Part shown: in pieces, positions 59,901-64,000 of the stretch
Numbering within the stretch: position 1 is the stretch's first letter
Layout: each line of letters opens with the position of its first letter
NCBI GenBank assembly: GCA_047495785.1
Contig: JBLDXI010000032.1
Location: 3,100,001 to 3,164,000, forward strand
Direction: 5' to 3'
Length of the DNA stretch: 64,000 nucleotides
Origin: Lepidodermella squamata
Lineage: Eukaryota > Animalia > Gastrotricha
The notes under the pieces: model-generated
The model's database searches: none
Seen by the model: the letters and a program-made list of their open reading frames with translations, nothing else
What the model was told of the DNA's origin: nothing
Translations under genes and position numbers: made by a program

Positions 59901-61651
59901 TCAGACGAAACTTAACCAGCTATGGTACGGTCGCATTGCGCCGTTTTCAAGCACTGCTCTGGTCTATTTCGCGACAATTTGCTGGCCGGCTGTGTCTAAA
60001 ATTCAGTTTTTATCCCGCTCGGCCGTACCCTTGACGACCCATGCCATTGAGGCTGCAATCGAAGCTGCCGTAGCAACCCTTGACCCGGAAGATTCGAAGC
60101 CGAAATCGCCTTTTCAGCGAAAATACGTCGGAGTTTCGTGCAATCTGGACGATGGGGACAAATCGATTACGTGTTGTAAAGCCGTTTATTCAGTCTACTC
60201 CTCGCCGAAAACAAAGTTTTTCCTTCACTCCCTAGCCACTGTACTGTCACTACTAGGATTTTCCTATTTCATTATCAATGGACCGGAGCCTAATCGGGTC
60301 AGCTCGCTGGAGACTTATCTCTGGATTTGGGCGTTGGTGTCGTTTCTCGATCGAATTCGGGAGAGTTTGGAAGAGCCATTGCTGAACAAATTTAGTGAAA
60401 GGGTCGAATACTTTTTCTCGCAAACTTGGAATTTAACTGAATTAGCTGGTTTAATTTGCCTCGAAATTTCCTTTGTTCAACGATTCTTAGTTCCAGCCGA
60501 GCATTTTGTCTTTGTTCGAACAACCTATGCCGTAGCTTGTTTGATATACTGGTTCCAGGCTTTTCAAATCATGTACGTATCGCAATCGCTGGGGCCGAAA
60601 GTCATCACGCTGTTCAAAATGATGCAAGATCTCTACTTTTTCCTCGTCCTTTACGCAATTATTTTGGTTTCATTTTCTGTCCCAATCTATGTTTTGATGT
60701 ATCCGAACCATTCGACTCCTGGGACGTTGTTGGAAACCTTCAAAGAGTTGTGTTACATTCTTTACGCGAGATGGTGGAATTTAGCCGGGATTTCAATGGA
60801 CGACAGCCGGGTTCATATCGAAGGGACATGCAAGCCGGGTTCTAAAAAAGAAGCATGGCAGGAACCCGAGAGCTTCCCTGAAAATTCTACTAGCAGCTTG
60901 GTTGCTTTGATCAATCAAACAATGGCTAATTTTACGCAAAATGCAACGGAGAGCCTCTCAAAAGTCGTGGAATCCCCAATTAATGTCCCGGACGAAGAAG
61001 AATGTGCGGAAAGAAATTACGTCGGAATTATCCTTTTCATCATTTTTCTTATCCTTACCAACATCATGCTGCTAAATATGCTGATTGCCATGTAAGCTTT
61101 AGTCACTTGGTTTTGAATGACAACTTAAATGTCGATTCAGGCTGACTCATACTGTTGACGCTGTTCGCGAACGTTCGATAAGAATATGGAGGTTCCACTT
61201 ATACAGGGTGACCTATCAATTTTTCGGGAAAACAATGCTGCCAGCTCCATTTTCGCTTCTTGAAATGGCGCTTCGTTTCTGGGGACATCACGATTTCGCT
61301 CATCCGCCTAAAATCAGCACTGCTTTAAGTAAGAATGAGAGATATTATCTTCGTAATTTTTTCAAATTTTTTATCTATTTTAGAGGAATATTTCACGCAC
61401 ACGGATTTCGAGTATTTAAAATTGTCCCTGTTTGAGAAAAGCGCCGCTGCTGAACTGGCGGAAATGCAACCAGAAGAGGAAGAGGAAAGCTCTGCGATTT
61501 TGCGTCGCCTCAAAGTGGTACACCAAAAGTGAGTTGATTTATCATAAAATTCAACGAAATAATAATAAACTATCTAAACCACAGATTGAGCAAGAAGCTG
61601 GAAAAAGTCGAGCAGAAAATTGGCGTTTTAGCGACAATAAATCAATATTAG
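56934..61651 (+). CDS. TRPM-family cation channel (TRPM-like 3)
   Basis: MNKYQKA|NVEEFVSNRFKLRQC; MHR domains; a long exon (ORF 59269-61095) carries S1-S6; IWRFH; ends LSKKLEKVEQKIGVLATINQY-stop. Confidence 0.9.
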
Positions 61652-62413
61652 TGGACTTTGACTGCCCCATTGTACCTTCAAAATTGTTGTTATTTCAGGA
61701 CTCATTTTGGTAGTAATTAGCGATGGACGATTCCAGTTTATTTGCAATAAAAATCTAGAGTGGTTGCTATTCAGTGCGTTGTTATTGGCCGCGTGCATTA
61801 TTTTCAATATTTACGACTCGAAATTAATTTTTTTGAATTTTGCTGTCACGAGTTTGTATTTTCCTGCGTCATAAGATCTTTATAAGAATGAAAATTTCAA
61901 CAAGTCCCGTGTATAAGAATTCGGTCTCACTTCCGATCTTGTGTTATTCGGCCTGAGTAGCCGTTGAGTCTTCCGCATCCGCTCAAAGCAGGCTAGGCTC
62001 CATGGCCAGAAATCGATTAGTTTCTTTTAGCAGTAAACATCTACTCTGCAGTATTAGGTCCCTTTCCTGCACCAGCCATCAACAATCACTAGTGCATTAA
62101 AGGAATTGTATAAAAACGCAATATTCACTTTCATTTTTTTTCGTCGCGTTCGTTGATTGGTCCCTGGAGAAGTCTCAATAACCCGTGACCGTCTCAACGT
62201 GACTGCGTTTCGAATCGTTCATGCGTCTTGAAAAATTCTAGAAAGCGACACTTTTTCAATGAATATTTTTTTCGCGCGCTTGTAATCGAGTTTTGATGAC
62301 CGATCTCTCGCGTGAATCAAATTTTTCGAACTCATCGCCAAATCGTTCGCCAAAACCACGATGCACTCGTTTCATCATAATTTTTCAAGTTTGAGCTCCG
62401 CTTGATAAGTAGA

Positions 62414-64000
62414 ATGCCTCGGGTAGCGCGGAACATTCATTACGTGAGTTTTTAATTTGTTTTATCCCTGATTTCTCTTAATTCTTAATTCCGATTTATA
62501 TCAGATTGAAAGCTATGCGTCGTCGAAATTCAAATATCGGCGTTGTAGGCGGTATGTGAAAATTGACCTTAGCAAAGAACAACTGACTCAGTCTGAAAGG
62601 CAACACTTTTCAAGGTTTGAACCCACAATTTTATGGAATTTGAATGACAGTTTTTTTCATTAAGTGAGGATTGCGTTTGCGGCCAATCTTTGGACTGGCA
62701 CATCCAAGCTGGCCAACACATATCGACGCTTGAATTTTTCGGCCACCAATCATCGTGGTCGATCGAAACCGACACAAAATTGCTGCCATGCGATACTTTT
62801 GGCGAGCTTATTTTCCGACCTGGCGATGGTGTTCATTCGACGGAAATTCTACCCGGCGCCTCGGCGAAATACATTCGAATTGATGGCCACTCTACAGATC
62901 CCGATTATTTAGAGAGCATCTACCAGTTCATGACTGATGAACGACTATGGGCGATGAAAAAACCAGGGTTACTCATGGAAATTACCGGGTCAACAATCGA
63001 TTTCCCCCACATTGATCAAATCGCCTTGAATAAGTTCAATGACGGGCTTCTTAAAGCAGCTAGTAGTGCCAGTAATTAAAATTTTGAAAATTCTCGAATT
63101 TATTTTTCGAAACCAATTAAATTTCAGATGCATGGATTGTCACTACCGGCGTCAATCGAGGGGTCATGAAACTTGTGGGACAGGCAGTTGCCCAAACTCG
63201 TATGGCTCATATTGATACAAATATCACGTGCCTAGGCATAGCTTCGTGGGGTTCGATAAAATACCGCGAAACTCTTATTCACAGACAAGCATCAGAGATA
63301 ACGAGAAGCCACCGCCGCTCTCTACAGCCTAGGGTTCGGGCTATTTCAGTTCAAACCGATAGCACTGATGACTCGACAACTGGGGTTAATCACGGGAAAT
63401 GGGGCGTCGATTACTTTATCGATACAAAGGACGCTATTGGGTCACAGAATCTTGATCAAAATCACAACTACTTCCTGCTGATCGACAACGGCCGGGATAA
63501 ACGATTCGGCGAGGAAATACCGTTTCGAGCCCGTTTGCTGGACCATTTTTCGAGGAAGACCCTGCCCGGTAGTGGAATTGCCAACCGAGACGACACCGAT
63601 GAAGCTGCTTCAACACCGAGTTTACTAATCGTAATCGGCGGCGGTGGGTCAGCCCTTAGAACTGTTGAAGAAACCCTGTCAGTTCAACGACCCTCATCTG
63701 TCCTCGATCTGAAACGATCTCCTCGTCCTGTTATAGTCCTGAAAGGCTTTGGCGGGATTGCTGATATCATTGCATTCGCTTACGAGATGACAGTGAAGAA
63801 GGAAGAAATGCTCCTCGACGAGGACAAAAATAAGCCGAAAAAGCCGAGATATTACATGCAGAAATCAGCTTCATCAAAGTAATTTTTATCACTAAAATTT
63901 TCGAAAAATTATGTTTATTTCTTGTCTAGAATCAGCCCTAATAAGGACTTTGAGACGTCTTTCCCCGACGATTTCGATGCAAAAATTACCGAGCATCCAG
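62414..64000 (+). CDS. TRPM-family cation channel (TRPM-like 4), truncated by window end
   Basis: MPRVARNIHY|IESYASSKFKYRRC; KPGLLMEITG, AWIVTTG, LDQNHNYFLLIDNG, VLKGFGGIAD. Confidence 0.87.

Noticed and set aside
1-64000. Prokaryotic interpretation (operons, CRISPR, defence systems)
   Set aside because: Reading frames are joined by short GT-AG introns and encode metazoan families. I saw no repeat-spacer array, rRNA or tRNA.
46142-64000. Calling the channels TRPM2, TRPM3 or TRPM8 specifically
   Set aside because: There is no NUDT9-H or kinase domain and the pore is divergent. Orthology cannot be determined without a phylogeny.

Overview
This is gene-dense eukaryotic (metazoan, probably invertebrate) genomic DNA with mostly ~45-65 nt GT-AG introns, so the ORF track shows exon fragments. 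Splicing them by eye gives five gene groups. (1) 16 tandem, divergent Cys-loop (pentameric) ligand-gated ion-channel genes (1-41744). They are nAChR-like but lack the ACh-binding signature, and have a family-specific extra Cys pair, an atypical M2 and a minimal M3-M4 loop. (2) Six tandem Ly6/uPAR (three-finger)-like genes with a Thr-rich insert inside the domain, nested between channel genes 1 and 2 (1357-7384); four have GPI-type tails and two are secreted. (3) A disrupted LDL-receptor class A repeat gene (28580-36045). It carries a very young, intact chromodomain Ty3/gypsy element (identical 188-bp LTRs, 5-bp TSD, self-priming PBS) and a Tc1/mariner-type MITE. (4) A two-TM membrane guanylyl-cyclase-like gene with a degenerate catalytic domain (42419-45312). 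(5) Four tandem TRPM-family channel genes (46142 to window end). There is also a P-like fold-back MITE and several decayed channel-gene fragments. The best candidate for a new system is the orphan Cys-loop receptor array physically linked to its own array of Ly6-type candidate modulators, next to TRPM and pseudo-cyclase genes, i.e. a possible chemosensory supercluster. Exon boundaries were read manually and all functions are inferred.
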